In this document: positions 52,987-61,768 of the stretch, in pieces
Position numbering within the stretch: position 1 is the stretch's first letter
How the letters are laid out: every line of letters starts with the position of its first letter
DNA from: a virus
Length of the DNA stretch: 64,000 bases
Virus record (IMG/VR): IMGVR_UViG_3300049172_000080
Span: 31,701-95,700 of that record
Direction: 5' to 3' (one strand)
Program-made: the position numbers and the translations under genes
The notes under the pieces: model-generated
Told to the model about the DNA's origin: nothing
Databases searched by the model: none
What the model saw: only the letters and a program-made list of their open reading frames with translations

Positions 52987-53597
52987 ATCTGGTAGCGGTA
53001 CGCACCCGGCATGTCCCGGGTCGACTCCGGCCGCAGCGTGCGCTGGTCGAGCGGCTCCCAGCCGGTCGCGTGCAGCATGTCGTAGACGTCCGTCACGTCC
53101 CAGCTCCAGTAGTGCTCCAGGTTCCCGGAGTCGGCCGACTCCGCCACCGGCGTGCTGAGGAACAGATACCGGCTGACCGAGGTAAGCCGGGCCAGCAGGT
53201 CGTCCGGGTCGTCCACGTGCTCCAGCGTCTCGGACAGGATGAACAGGTCCACCGGCTCCAGGTGCGCCAGGCTGTCCGGCAGCGCGGCGGCCCCGATCGT
53301 CTCCAGCACCCGTGCCTTACAGCTCACGGCGGCCGACGTCGGTACCCCGTTGAGGTCGCCGAGCACAGCCCGGGTCAGGTGACGGCTGATCATGTTGAGC
53401 AGCGCCCCGTCACCGCAGGACAGATCGGCCGCCGAGCGTATCTGGCTGGCGTACCGCTCAATCATGTCGGCGGAGGCCTTGACCCGCTCCACGTGGTCCG
53501 CCCAGCAGTCATGCCGGTACCCGTCGGGATACACCTGGGCGTAGTAGGCCGCCTCGTCGGCGGCCGACCGGGACTCACGAAGCCGTATGCGTGTCAT
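52965..53597 (-). CDS. class I SAM-dependent methyltransferase
   Basis: Motif I ADLSCGDGALLN. Acidic post-I residue. Confidence 0.75.
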   Translation of the reverse strand: MTRIRLRESRSAADEAAYYAQVYPDGYRHDCWADHVERVKASADMIERYASQIRSAADLSCGDGALLNMISRHLTRAVLGDLNGVPTSAAVSCKARVLETIGAAALPDSLAHLEPVDLFILSETLEHVDDPDDLLARLTSVSRYLFLSTPVAESADSGNLEHYWSWDVTDVYDMLHATGWEPLDQRTLRPESTRDMPGAYRYQMWLAVAR

Positions 53598-54339
53598 GGC
53601 TGTACTCCTCTCGCACGCGACGAAGAGCAGCCGCGAAGCCCTCGCCGTCCCGGAACCCCATCCACGCCAGGCGGTCGGCCACGTCGGCCTCGGGGGCGTT
53701 GACCGCCGCGTACCGCTCGTCCATGGGCGTCTTGCCGGCCGCCGGGTGGATGTGCTCGATGACGACGTCCGGCAGGTAGGTCAGCCCGCCGAGCTGCGTG
53801 CCGAGGTCCAGCCAGAAGTTATCGACGTACAGGTGCCGCAGCACCGGCGGCGCCATGTACCCCAGCGTCCGCACCACCCGGGACGGGAGGAAGGCGGCCG
53901 TCGGCAGCCGCTCGCCCTGGAACAGGTCGTTGCCGTAGACCATGCGGGGCCAGGGGGAGTTCAGCGCGCCGAGGACGTGCGCGTCCCAGCCTGCCGTGCG
54001 CGGCAGGTGGTCGTCGCCCATGAACCCCAGCGCGTCGTACTCACCAGCGAGCCGGCCCGCGATCGTGTTGAGGGAGGCGACCATGCCGCGCCCGCCCTCG
54101 CCCTCGTACACCGTGAGGTGGTCGATTTCGCCGACGCCCGCGCGTTCCCAGTAGCCCTGTAGTTCTGGGTCGTCGTGGTCGACGACGAAGACGAGAACCG
54201 CGTTCAGAGATTCGGTGTCGCGGAATGCCTGCTGAAGCCGGGCTGCGTTCTGGGGTCGTCCTCGCGTGGGGACGATGACCGCGAGGGGTTCCGTGGTCTG
54301 CGTCATGCGGCGGACCGTACCGAGGATTCGCCGAATCAC
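53575..54339 (-). CDS. glycosyltransferase (GT2-like)
   Basis: LAVIVPTRGRP and VVDHDDPE. An alternative start is the ATG at 54306. Confidence 0.6.
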   Translation of the reverse strand: MIRRILGTVRRMTQTTEPLAVIVPTRGRPQNAARLQQAFRDTESLNAVLVFVVDHDDPELQGYWERAGVGEIDHLTVYEGEGGRGMVASLNTIAGRLAGEYDALGFMGDDHLPRTAGWDAHVLGALNSPWPRMVYGNDLFQGERLPTAAFLPSRVVRTLGYMAPPVLRHLYVDNFWLDLGTQLGGLTYLPDVVIEHIHPAAGKTPMDERYAAVNAPEADVADRLAWMGFRDGEGFAAALRRVREEYSHDTHTAS

Positions 54340-54374
54340 CGCACGCTCACTTCGTTCGCGGGCTCCCGGGCACG

Positions 54375-54409
54375 ACGAAGCCCCGGGCCGTGAGGGCTCC
54401 GGGGCTTCG
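54375..54409. terminator. Hairpin terminator (CACGACGAAGCCCCGG family)
   Basis: CGAAGCCCCGG / CCGGGGCTTCG. Confidence 0.65.
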
Positions 54410-54420
54410 GTAAGCAGACG

Positions 54421-54897
54421 TCAGACGGCCGCGATGATGAGCGCGACGACGAACAGCCAAAAGTGATGGAACGACTGATCAAGCGCATAGGCCCCAGTTC
54501 CGAGAGTCGGGGCGTACGCGCCATCGGCCGTCACGGGGTGGAACTCGTGAGCCGGGGTGCCAAGGGTGTGGAACTCCGCCTTCCCGCAGACCCGGGCGAG
54601 GCCGGCCAGCGTGTGCCGGCGGTCCGCCCAGTAGTGTGTCCCTGCGTCCAGGCCAAGGCCGACGACCACGCCGAGGGCGTTCACCTCCAGGCCGAGCACG
54701 GCCACGGCGACGAGCAGAAGAAGAGCTTTGGTCACGGTGAGGCCGAGGACGTGCCGGCCGCAGGCGATGTACCCGGTGCGGCTGCGCTCACCCTTGCGGT
54801 CCGCCTGCCACGATGTCTGCACCCAGTGGTCCCCGACGGAATGCGCGACGAACAGGGCCGCGAAGACGGCGGCGAAGGTACCTGCTGTGTCGGTCAT
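54421..54897 (-). CDS. DUF3307-like integral membrane protein
   Basis: AHSVGDHWVQT motif and multiple TM segments. Confidence 0.55.
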   Translation of the reverse strand: MTDTAGTFAAVFAALFVAHSVGDHWVQTSWQADRKGERSRTGYIACGRHVLGLTVTKALLLLVAVAVLGLEVNALGVVVGLGLDAGTHYWADRRHTLAGLARVCGKAEFHTLGTPAHEFHPVTADGAYAPTLGTGAYALDQSFHHFWLFVVALIIAAV

Positions 54898-54983
54898 GAT
54901 CTTGTGATTCCTCGTCCCTTGGTCGACGAAGCCCCAGAGCGGGGCTGGAGAGCTGACGGTCAGCGGGCGGCGCAGGTCCAGGG

Positions 54984-55658
54984 TCAGGTGAAGTCACAGG
55001 TGGGGGAGTGCGTGCCGTTCGGCAGCCCGGCAAGGGCGGCCACTTCGTCGCCGTCCAGGCGGAGCCGAGATGCCAGTGCACTGGCAACGGAGAGGATGCG
55101 GGTCCAGTGCTCGCTGAGGAAGTGGTCGGCGAGGTCGTGGACGACGACGTAGTCCTGTCCGGTGCCGAAGCCGATGTGCGGGTTGTCCCGCAGCAGGGCC
55201 GTGCGATCCCCGTATGCGCCCATCTCGACGCCGGCCGCGAGCGTGGATGTCCATAACCCGCTCTCGCGCAGCCACCGATCCTCAGCGCGTTCGCCGGCTC
55301 CGATGAAGACCGCGTGAGCTGTGCCACTGGGGAGGTTGCACCCCCGGACCTGTCCGCTCACGGTTCCCTGGTCGGACGGCTCATGGGTGCGGAGTTCAGC
55401 GGTGGTCATAATGCGAGCGTCGTGGATGTACCCGCCGCCGGCCAGGACGGCGACCGCATGGGCGGCTTCGTGGATGGCGCGTAGAACGTCCCGCTGTCCG
55501 TACGTGAGGGAGCCTAAGTACGCGTCGCTGTTCGGGCCGTAGTCGGGCGCGTAGTTCCGCGTGGGGTAGGGCTCACGGTTGATCAGGATGTCGTCGTGCC
55601 AGATGACCTCGGCCGGGGGCGTCCAGGTGACGGCGCTCGGGTCGACGGTGCTGGTCAT
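54984..55658 (-). CDS. putative zinc metalloprotease (HExxH)
   Basis: A single IHEAAHAV motif. Otherwise unassigned. Confidence 0.45.
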   Translation of the reverse strand: MTSTVDPSAVTWTPPAEVIWHDDILINREPYPTRNYAPDYGPNSDAYLGSLTYGQRDVLRAIHEAAHAVAVLAGGGYIHDARIMTTAELRTHEPSDQGTVSGQVRGCNLPSGTAHAVFIGAGERAEDRWLRESGLWTSTLAAGVEMGAYGDRTALLRDNPHIGFGTGQDYVVVHDLADHFLSEHWTRILSVASALASRLRLDGDEVAALAGLPNGTHSPTCDFT

Positions 55659-55689
55659 CGCTTCCTCGTTCCGTGGTCGGCGGGGTGGG

Positions 55690-55917
55690 TCAGCGTCGGA
55701 CGTAGGAACCCGTGGCGTCGTCGTACCGGATGTACGCCTTACGGGCCTCCAGCGCGTTAGCGATCTCGGGCACGTTGGCCGGGTTGACGGTGCCCACGAA
55801 GCCGCGCCACGAGAACACAGCGGCCTGCTGTCCGTCCAGGGTCACCTTGCTGATGCGCTGGCCCCAGAGCTGGAACCGCTCGTTGGTTCCGAGGTGAACC
55901 ACGATCTTCTTAGCCAT
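55690..55917 (-). CDS. hypothetical protein (75 aa)
   Basis: ATG (MAKKIVVHL) after GGGAGAAGAG. Confidence 0.5.
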   Translation of the reverse strand: MAKKIVVHLGTNERFQLWGQRISKVTLDGQQAAVFSWRGFVGTVNPANVPEIANALEARKAYIRYDDATGSYVRR

Positions 55918-55955
55918 CTCTTCTCCCACGGTCCACCGCCAGGGCTGTTCCCGAC

Positions 55956-55995
55956 TGATTTAATTAAACCATCAGTCCGGCGACCGCGCAACCCC
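55956..55995 (-). promoter_or_regulatory. Conserved phage promoter cassette (copy o)
   Basis: Minus-sense GGGGTTGCGC-N17-TTTAAT. Palindrome TGATTTAATTAAACCA. Confidence 0.6.
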
Positions 55996-56059
55996 TCAAC
56001 GCAAAGAACCCCGGCCCTCGTCGGGTCCGGGGTTCTCCGGGTCGGCGGTGCCATGAGCC

Positions 56060-56473
56060 TCACCGCCTCTTGTGCTTGCCCTTGTTCAGCGCCTCCGCTG
56101 CCTTGGCCCGCGCTTCCACGGCCCCGGTCTGCGAGTTGATGATGTGCGCGACCACCAGGCCGAGCACGATCACTGCCGCCAGGACGGCCACGACGACGAC
56201 GGCCACCATGGCGAACACCAGCGCGCACAGCGTCAGGACGACGCAGGACAGCAGCGCGGCGTACAGCCACGGGATCACCTTCTCCGCCACCGTCTTCTCC
56301 GGGCCCTGGTGCACGATCGCCCCGGCAGGGACGGCCGGCTCCGGGGCCGCGTAGTGGTGGTGCACGTGGACGTGGACTCCGCCGTCGGCTGCCTGCTGCG
56401 CAGCCGTCGGGTTGGCCTTCAGGTACTCCAGCAGCTCGCCGGGGACGGGGGCACGCCTCCGCTCTATCTCCAT
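56060..56473 (-). CDS. membrane protein (137 aa)
   Basis: Two long hydrophobic segments. Leader GACCTAGGAATCAAGGAATCTGACC. Confidence 0.5.
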   Translation of the reverse strand: MEIERRRAPVPGELLEYLKANPTAAQQAADGGVHVHVHHHYAAPEPAVPAGAIVHQGPEKTVAEKVIPWLYAALLSCVVLTLCALVFAMVAVVVVAVLAAVIVLGLVVAHIINSQTGAVEARAKAAEALNKGKHKRR

Positions 56474-56568
56474 GGTCAGATTCCTTGATTCCTAGGTCAT
56501 GGGCCCCGGAGGAGGCCCCGAATTAGTTGTACCACGGCGGGGCCTGGGCGAATCTGCCCGTGCACGAC

Positions 56569-56600
56569 GAAGCCCCGGCGCCCTCGCGGCCCGGGGCTTC
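56569..56600. terminator. Hairpin terminator (same family)
   Basis: GAAGCCCCGG / CCGGGGCTTC. Confidence 0.6.
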
Positions 56601-56617
56601 AGGGTCGGGCGGTACGA

Positions 56618-56803
56618 TCAGCGGTGGTCCTTCCACTCGAAGAACAGGATGCAGACACCGATCGCAAGGAGGGCCCCACCAACCTCGCCGAGTGCCACGT
56701 GCATCGGAGTGGGCGCGAAACCCAGGGCCCCGAGGGCCACGGCGAGCACAACAACTCCAGCCGCCGCCAGAGTCAGGCCCGATACGGTCCAGCTTGTACG
56801 CAT
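56618..56803 (-). CDS. small membrane protein (61 aa)
   Basis: Two TM segments. ATG after GACCAAGGAACGAGGAAGTC. Confidence 0.45.
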   Translation of the reverse strand: MRTSWTVSGLTLAAAGVVVLAVALGALGFAPTPMHVALGEVGGALLAIGVCILFFEWKDHR

Positions 56804-56834
56804 GACTTCCTCGTTCCTTGGTCGGTGGTTCAGT

Positions 56835-56874
56835 TGGATTAACTAAACCATCTCCCCGGCGACCGCACAACCCC
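56835..56874 (-). promoter_or_regulatory. Conserved phage promoter cassette (copy p)
   Basis: Minus-sense GGGGTTGTGC-N17-TTTAGT. Palindrome TGGATTAACTAAACCA. Confidence 0.6.
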
Positions 56875-56879
56875 GCCGG

Positions 56880-57275
56880 TCAGTACGTGAAGGCGTAGCC
56901 CACCCCGTCCGGGGTCTTCTCCTTGACCAGGTCACCGCCTTTCACCCGGTCGTCCAACCACTGGTACACCCACGGGCGGGACCGCCCGGTGATCTCCATC
57001 AGTTCCTTGAAGTCCTGGAAGGTCACCCGCTTCACCCCCTTTCGCCGCAGGACGACCAGCCGCTGGTGCGCCACGTCGTCTGCCTCCTTCGGGCTCATCC
57101 CGGGCGACGGGGGAGCCGGGAGTTCGATCACTCCGGAGTCTCCACGCAGCCCGTCGAAGACGAAGCCCATTGCCTCCTCGGCGACGGCCAGGCCGCACCG
57201 CGCGCACAGGGCGACGGTCTTGGTGAAGGCGGCGGGAACACCGCAGCCGATGCAGGTCTTCTGTTCCTTGGTCAT
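56880..57275 (-). CDS. zinc-ribbon + winged-helix DNA-binding protein
   Basis: CIGC..CARC N-terminus. The C-terminal RSRPWVYQWLDDRVKGGDLVKE..GYAF segment resembles the wHTH tail of the FtsK-like protein. Confidence 0.5.
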   Translation of the reverse strand: MTKEQKTCIGCGVPAAFTKTVALCARCGLAVAEEAMGFVFDGLRGDSGVIELPAPPSPGMSPKEADDVAHQRLVVLRRKGVKRVTFQDFKELMEITGRSRPWVYQWLDDRVKGGDLVKEKTPDGVGYAFTY

Positions 57276-57361
57276 CCGTCAGTCTTCCTCGTGTCATCGG
57301 TCGTTGTCCGCGCCGGCCGGGCCGAGCGGGAGAGAACCTGAGGCTGGATCGCTCGGGGCCT

Positions 57362-57470
57362 CGTCAGAGCCTCTGTCAGACCCGTGTAAGCACCCGAGCC
57401 ACCGAACAGTCAGAGCTTGTCTGCTGACGTGTCAGAGGCGTCACCGGGGCCCGTCAGCAATGCGTCAGGG
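57362..57470. repeat. GTCAG(AG) short-repeat cluster in the promoter region
   Basis: About nine GTCAG/CTGAC units in about 110 bp, including GTCAGAG three times. Confidence 0.5.
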
Positions 57471-57501
57471 CGGGCACCCCTGACATAGGGTGCCCGCCCT
57501 G
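57466..57501 (-). terminator. Perfect 14-bp hairpin downstream of the FtsK-like gene
   Basis: CAGGGCGGGCACCC / GGGTGCCCGCCCTG. Confidence 0.7.
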
Positions 57502-57519
57502 AGAGAGCGCCAATCGGCC

Positions 57520-59514
57520 TTACCCGACGGCCGCGAGACTCCCGAAATCGATCTCGTACAGGGCTGCCATGTTGGGCGGAGTGACCCTCTTCAGCAGACC
57601 CTCGTCCGCCAGGCTTTCGACCTCCGCGTAGACCCAGCCACGGGGCCAGCCGGTCAGCTCGGGGAGGTCCATCAGATCCTCCACGCTGACGTTCTGCTGG
57701 CCGGACTGGCGCAGGATCTCCAGCCGGTTCAGCAGCTCCGCCCGCGCGTCCGCCTCGGACATCCGCGATGTCGCCGGAGCTGCGAACGTCACCTCGGCGC
57801 CGCGCGGCGCGGCCAGCGGTTCGCTCGTGTCGATGCCGTCGTCGCTGACTGTGTTCAGATCGCTGACCTGCGCAAAGTCAGTGTCCACGTCGTCCTCCAG
57901 GGTTGCCTCCACGGCCGCCGAGGCTGCCTCGTCCTGCTGCTCGTCCACGACGCCCTCGGCGAGGATGCGGTAGCTGCCCGCGTCCAGCTCCGCCCAGTAC
58001 GGCCGGGTGACCTGGATCATCTCCGCGCGGTCGGCCGCCTTCACGCGCGGCGCCCGGCCGTCAGCCGACCAATGGATCCTGTCCGTGCCCGTGACCTCGG
58101 CATACAGCGAACCGGGGGAGTTGTTGGCCCACTTGGTCGGGTCGGCCCCGGCCTCCAGGGTCTCCGCCTCCAGGGAGTACTTCGCGTCCTGGAACTCCTT
58201 CTGCCCGTGGGCCAGGGACTGAGCGAAATGACCCCTGGTCTCCCGACTGATCTTGTTGTGCGGCATGGTCTGCATCGACGCGCAGAAGTGCACGCCGACT
58301 GACCTCAGCTTGCGCAGCGCCTCGTCGGCCTCATCGTCCACCACCATCATCACGTCGGCAGCCTCCTCGATGTCCACGAAGATCGCCGGGATGCCGTGCA
58401 GCGTGTACATCTCCGGCACCCACTGCTTGTAGCCGACCTTGCCGTCTGCCCTGGTCAGCGTGCCGAACAGGCCCGCGCGGTACTCGATGAGCGGGATGAG
58501 GTTCCGCACGAGCTGCTCGGTGGTCTCGCGGGTCTTCGCGGCCAGGCCCAACACCTCCTCGATGTCGCCGAACGACTGCCGGAACTTGGCCGGGTCGCCG
58601 ACCACGGGGACCACGTCAGTGCGCTCGCGCATCTGGAGAATCGCCGTGCAGATGGTCTCCGTCTTGCCCGCGCCGGTCATGCCGGTGCACTTCGTGTGGG
58701 CCAGTGGCCTGGGGTTTTCGTCGTCGTCGGAGCCGACGATCCACCAGTCGATGTCCGTGCCGTCGGTGCGCGGACCGAGCCAGATCGGGTAGTCAGCGAT
58801 GGACTTGCCGAGGTGGCGCGGGCCCGTCCAGATGACCGGCTTGGCCGCGTCCTGAGCGCGGGTGAACGTCACGTCCACCTGACCCTCGTGACCTGCGACT
58901 TTGAGCACCTTGACCTGGTCGGCACCGACCCCGGCGACGGCCGCGATCTGCTCCCGGGCGTCCTGCGCCTCCTTCGCCGTGGTCGGGGCGTCCAGGTGTA
59001 CACGGGCGCGCAGCTCCTGCTCGGACTCCGTGACCTTGCCGACCCGGGCGTCCTTGAACGCACGCACCTTGGCCAGCAGACCGTCGTTTCCGCTGGTCTC
59101 CGGCGACTTGTCGGAGTCCCTCACGCCCGACAGAGCGGCATGCCGGACGCACCAGGCGACCGACAGGACCAGACCGCCGATCGACCAGGCCTTGAAGACG
59201 TCGGCCTGCCAAGGCCGGATGGTGATGGCGAAGAGTTCCCAGGTCAGGACGGCGATGACGAACACCGTGACCATGGTCCGGGTCTCCTGGCGGCGCACCG
59301 CCCAGGTCGACCAGGTCACGTACGCGAGGTACGCGAACCCGAGGGCGAGAAAGGACATCCACAGCGGGCTGTCCCCGATGACGAAGTGGAGTACCAGGGC
59401 GAGCGGCCAGGCCGCCCCCGTGATGGCCCACGGCAGGACGTACGAGGTGATGCGCTCGGGCACCCTGAACAGGGCGTATCCACGCACGCGGTGATTGTTC
59501 GACACGTCGTCCAC
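57520..59514 (-). CDS. FtsK/SpoIIIE/TraB-like dsDNA translocase (membrane-anchored, C-terminal wHTH)
   Basis: Four N-terminal TM segments. Walker A GMTGAGKTE and Walker B IFVDIEEA. C-terminal GWPRGWVYAEVESLADEGLLKRV. GTG start at 59514, just after the upstream stop. Confidence 0.85.
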   Translation of the reverse strand: MDDVSNNHRVRGYALFRVPERITSYVLPWAITGAAWPLALVLHFVIGDSPLWMSFLALGFAYLAYVTWSTWAVRRQETRTMVTVFVIAVLTWELFAITIRPWQADVFKAWSIGGLVLSVAWCVRHAALSGVRDSDKSPETSGNDGLLAKVRAFKDARVGKVTESEQELRARVHLDAPTTAKEAQDAREQIAAVAGVGADQVKVLKVAGHEGQVDVTFTRAQDAAKPVIWTGPRHLGKSIADYPIWLGPRTDGTDIDWWIVGSDDDENPRPLAHTKCTGMTGAGKTETICTAILQMRERTDVVPVVGDPAKFRQSFGDIEEVLGLAAKTRETTEQLVRNLIPLIEYRAGLFGTLTRADGKVGYKQWVPEMYTLHGIPAIFVDIEEAADVMMVVDDEADEALRKLRSVGVHFCASMQTMPHNKISRETRGHFAQSLAHGQKEFQDAKYSLEAETLEAGADPTKWANNSPGSLYAEVTGTDRIHWSADGRAPRVKAADRAEMIQVTRPYWAELDAGSYRILAEGVVDEQQDEAASAAVEATLEDDVDTDFAQVSDLNTVSDDGIDTSEPLAAPRGAEVTFAAPATSRMSEADARAELLNRLEILRQSGQQNVSVEDLMDLPELTGWPRGWVYAEVESLADEGLLKRVTPPNMAALYEIDFGSLAAVG

Positions 59515-59519
59515 CGCCC

Positions 59520-60089
59520 CTACACCACGTTGAAGCCGCCACGGCGGCCCCCAGGACGGTGAACACTGCGGTCTGACTCCAGCTCGCCCATGAAACCGTC
59601 GAACCGGCGCCACGCCTTGACCGCACTCTGAGCCCCACCAGCACACGCGTTGGCCATGTGGTCGAGATCCTTGCCGATCAGACGCAGCGTGTTGGCCAGG
59701 CTGGCACGCTGCATGGGGTTCATCCACCCTTCGTGGGCCTGCTTCACCTGCGCCCGCGCAGCGGCCTTGAGCTGGCCTTCTGCCAGCTTCGCGCTGACGG
59801 CGAGGTAGTTGAGAATGGCCCGGTACGCCTCGCAGAAGGCGTGCAGGTCGTCCTGGTTGCTCAGCTCCATCGACCCGATGGACTGGGCGAGTTGAGCGAT
59901 GCCCTGCCCGCGCGGGCCGCCCGGCCGGGACGGCTTGTGACCTGCGGCTTTGGAGCTGCCGCCGTTCGACGGGAGCGGGTTGCCCTGACCGTCCAGGCCT
60001 CGCTTGTGGAGCTGGTCGTTGGTCTGTCCGTTGGCCCGGCCCGAAGCGCTGAACGGGTTGTCGACGTGGTTCTGTCCGATACGACTCAT
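59520..60089 (-). CDS. hypothetical protein (189 aa)
   Basis: Gly/Asn-rich N-terminus and a helical C-terminus. Leader AGGAATCAGGAAGAGGAATCAGGA. Confidence 0.55.
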   Translation of the reverse strand: MSRIGQNHVDNPFSASGRANGQTNDQLHKRGLDGQGNPLPSNGGSSKAAGHKPSRPGGPRGQGIAQLAQSIGSMELSNQDDLHAFCEAYRAILNYLAVSAKLAEGQLKAAARAQVKQAHEGWMNPMQRASLANTLRLIGKDLDHMANACAGGAQSAVKAWRRFDGFMGELESDRSVHRPGGRRGGFNVV

Positions 60090-60127
60090 TCCTGATTCCT
60101 CTTCCTGATTCCTGGTTCCGAAGGCGA

Positions 60128-60160
60128 AAGCCCTACCGAGGTTGTCCCCGGTAGGGCTTT
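60128..60160 (-). terminator. Hairpin downstream of the 60207 gene
   Basis: AAAGCCCTACCG / CGGTAGGGCTTT 12-bp stem. Confidence 0.6.
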
Positions 60161-60206
60161 ACCTAAATCAAGAGTCTCGCGACCGGTCGCCGACCGCAAG
60201 GCCGTT

Positions 60207-61430
60207 CTACGCCTCCTTGGGGAAGGTCCGTTGAATCGCCTTGCGCAGGCTCTCCGACTTCGGGCCGCCCGACTTCGTGTCCCCGTGTCCCGGCAGGGTC
60301 GGGACAATCGCGCGGATCTCGTTCTTGCTGTGTCCCGTCTCGTACAGAAAGCGGACGATGCCGGTCAGGTTGTCCCGGACGTCATCCGGGACATCGACGA
60401 GGGTCTGTCCCTCGCCCTGGGACACGGCCGGCTCGGCCGGGACAATCTCCGGCAGCTTGTCCAGGGACACCCGGACGGTGGGACGCGGCCGGGACATCGT
60501 CGCCGGGACAGCGGAGCGGGAGCGGGACATCGTCGCCGGGACAGCCGGCTCGGGCGCCGGGACAACGTCCTGCGGGACACGGGACATGTCCCGCTGCGGG
60601 ACAACGAGGGCCGGGACATCGGCCGTGTCCCGGGGGACAGCCGTCTCTCGGGACACGATCGCCGGGACATCGCTCTGTCCCGTGTCCCCGTCGAGCGGGA
60701 CAGCCGGGGCCGGGACAAGGGACAACGACCAGTCGTGCCGCGCGCCGATGTTGGCGAGCGCCTTGACCGACTTGCGCCGGACGACGCGGGCGACGATGGT
60801 GGCCTCCGCCTGCGCGGCCTCCTCCTCGTTCAGTCCGTGACGGGCCGCGTCGATCTGCTTCGCGAGACGGCCCACCAGGCGGGTGTGCTTGCGCTTGCCG
60901 GGCTTGGCGGCTGCCAGACGGTCCGCCAGGTCCACAGCCTTGTCGGCAGCGCGGCTGCGGGCGATGGCGGCAGAGTTGGCGCCCCGCCGGCCGATGCCCA
61001 GGAAGGCCGTCAGACGCTCCTTCAGCTCACGCAGGGCGGAGGCGAGCAGGCCGTCCGACTTGGCGCCTGACATGCGGAGTTCCAAGCCCAGCAGCAGGTG
61101 CAGAAGCACAGCCAGCAGCACCGGGCCGAGGACGACTCGCACCGGGCCGCCGACGCTGCCCGAGACCGTGAAGGCGGGGATGCCCTGCACCAACACGGCC
61201 GCATAGGCGAGGTACGCGGGGCCCTTGGTCCGGGTGGCCCAGGCGTAGACCGTGAGGGCGACGATGGCCGCCTCGGCCACGCCGCACAGGACCATGCGCT
61301 CCTCGTCGTTGGTGATCTGGAGCGCAGTCTCCATGAAGCGGTAGCTGGTGTCGGCGGACATGGCCAGAGCCAGTGCGGCCGGGACAAGCAGGCCGTAGGT
61401 GGCTGCCTGTGCGCGGGACATGCGGGACAT
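60207..61430 (-). CDS. DUF2637-like membrane protein with Val-Pro-rich repeat region
   Basis: Four N-terminal TM segments. Central basic helix. VP(A) dipeptides recur about 12 times and AVPATMSR occurs twice. Two tandem leader copies lie upstream. Confidence 0.6.
   Translation of the reverse strand: MSRMSRAQAATYGLLVPAALALAMSADTSYRFMETALQITNDEERMVLCGVAEAAIVALTVYAWATRTKGPAYLAYAAVLVQGIPAFTVSGSVGGPVRVVLGPVLLAVLLHLLLGLELRMSGAKSDGLLASALRELKERLTAFLGIGRRGANSAAIARSRAADKAVDLADRLAAAKPGKRKHTRLVGRLAKQIDAARHGLNEEEAAQAEATIVARVVRRKSVKALANIGARHDWSLSLVPAPAVPLDGDTGQSDVPAIVSRETAVPRDTADVPALVVPQRDMSRVPQDVVPAPEPAVPATMSRSRSAVPATMSRPRPTVRVSLDKLPEIVPAEPAVSQGEGQTLVDVPDDVRDNLTGIVRFLYETGHSKNEIRAIVPTLPGHGDTKSGGPKSESLRKAIQRTFPKEA
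60279..60730. repeat. CGGGACA/TGTCCCG heptamer array embedded in coding sequence
   Basis: About 20 GGGACA and about 9 TGTCCC in 450 bp. Includes the palindrome GGGACATGTCCC and a 23-bp tandem CGGGACATCGTCGCCGGGACAGC present twice. Confidence 0.85.
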
Positions 61431-61472
61431 GGTCTGTCCTCTCTTCCTTGGTCACGATTCCTTGGTCGGTGC

Positions 61473-61508
61473 TGATTTCCTTAAATCATCGTACACGCTA
61501 CCTGTCCC
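61473..61508 (-). promoter_or_regulatory. Conserved promoter cassette variant (copy q)
   Basis: Palindrome variant TGATTTCCTTAAATCA. The -35 position is occupied by a GGGACA repeat unit. Confidence 0.5.
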
Positions 61509-61768
61509 GTTGTCCCGTGTCCCGGCAGACCTTTGTCCCGGGACATGTCCCGGAGGGGACATGGACTGTTGTCCCGCCGTCATGTCCCAGCCTTGGTGTC
61601 CCGTTGTCCCGTCCGATAGGGACACCCCCTGCGTCCCGATGTCCCTCTGTCCCAGCGTCCGATGTCCCGGGACACGACGAAGCCCCCACGGTCTGTCCCG
61701 TGGGGGCCGTTGTCCCTCTGTCCAGTTGTCCCTCTGTCCCGTTGTCCCGTCAGATGCTGTCCCTGTCC
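61501..61768. repeat. Intergenic TGTCCC(G) array
   Basis: 18 TGTCCC plus 4 GGGACA in 268 bp. Two perfect TGTCCCGGGACA palindromes, at 61534 and about 61662. Confidence 0.9.

Noticed and set aside
57520-59514. FtsK-like ATPase as the missing DNA-packaging terminase.
   Set aside because: It has four N-terminal transmembrane helices and a C-terminal winged helix, like TraB/SpoIIIE pumps. It has no nuclease domain and lies far from the portal.
60279-61768. Possible CRISPR array, because of the dense short repeats.
   Set aside because: The repeat unit is only 6-8 nt and the spacing is irregular (1-20 nt). There are no 25-40 nt spacers, and part of the array is inside a coding region. It is better explained as protein-binding iterons.
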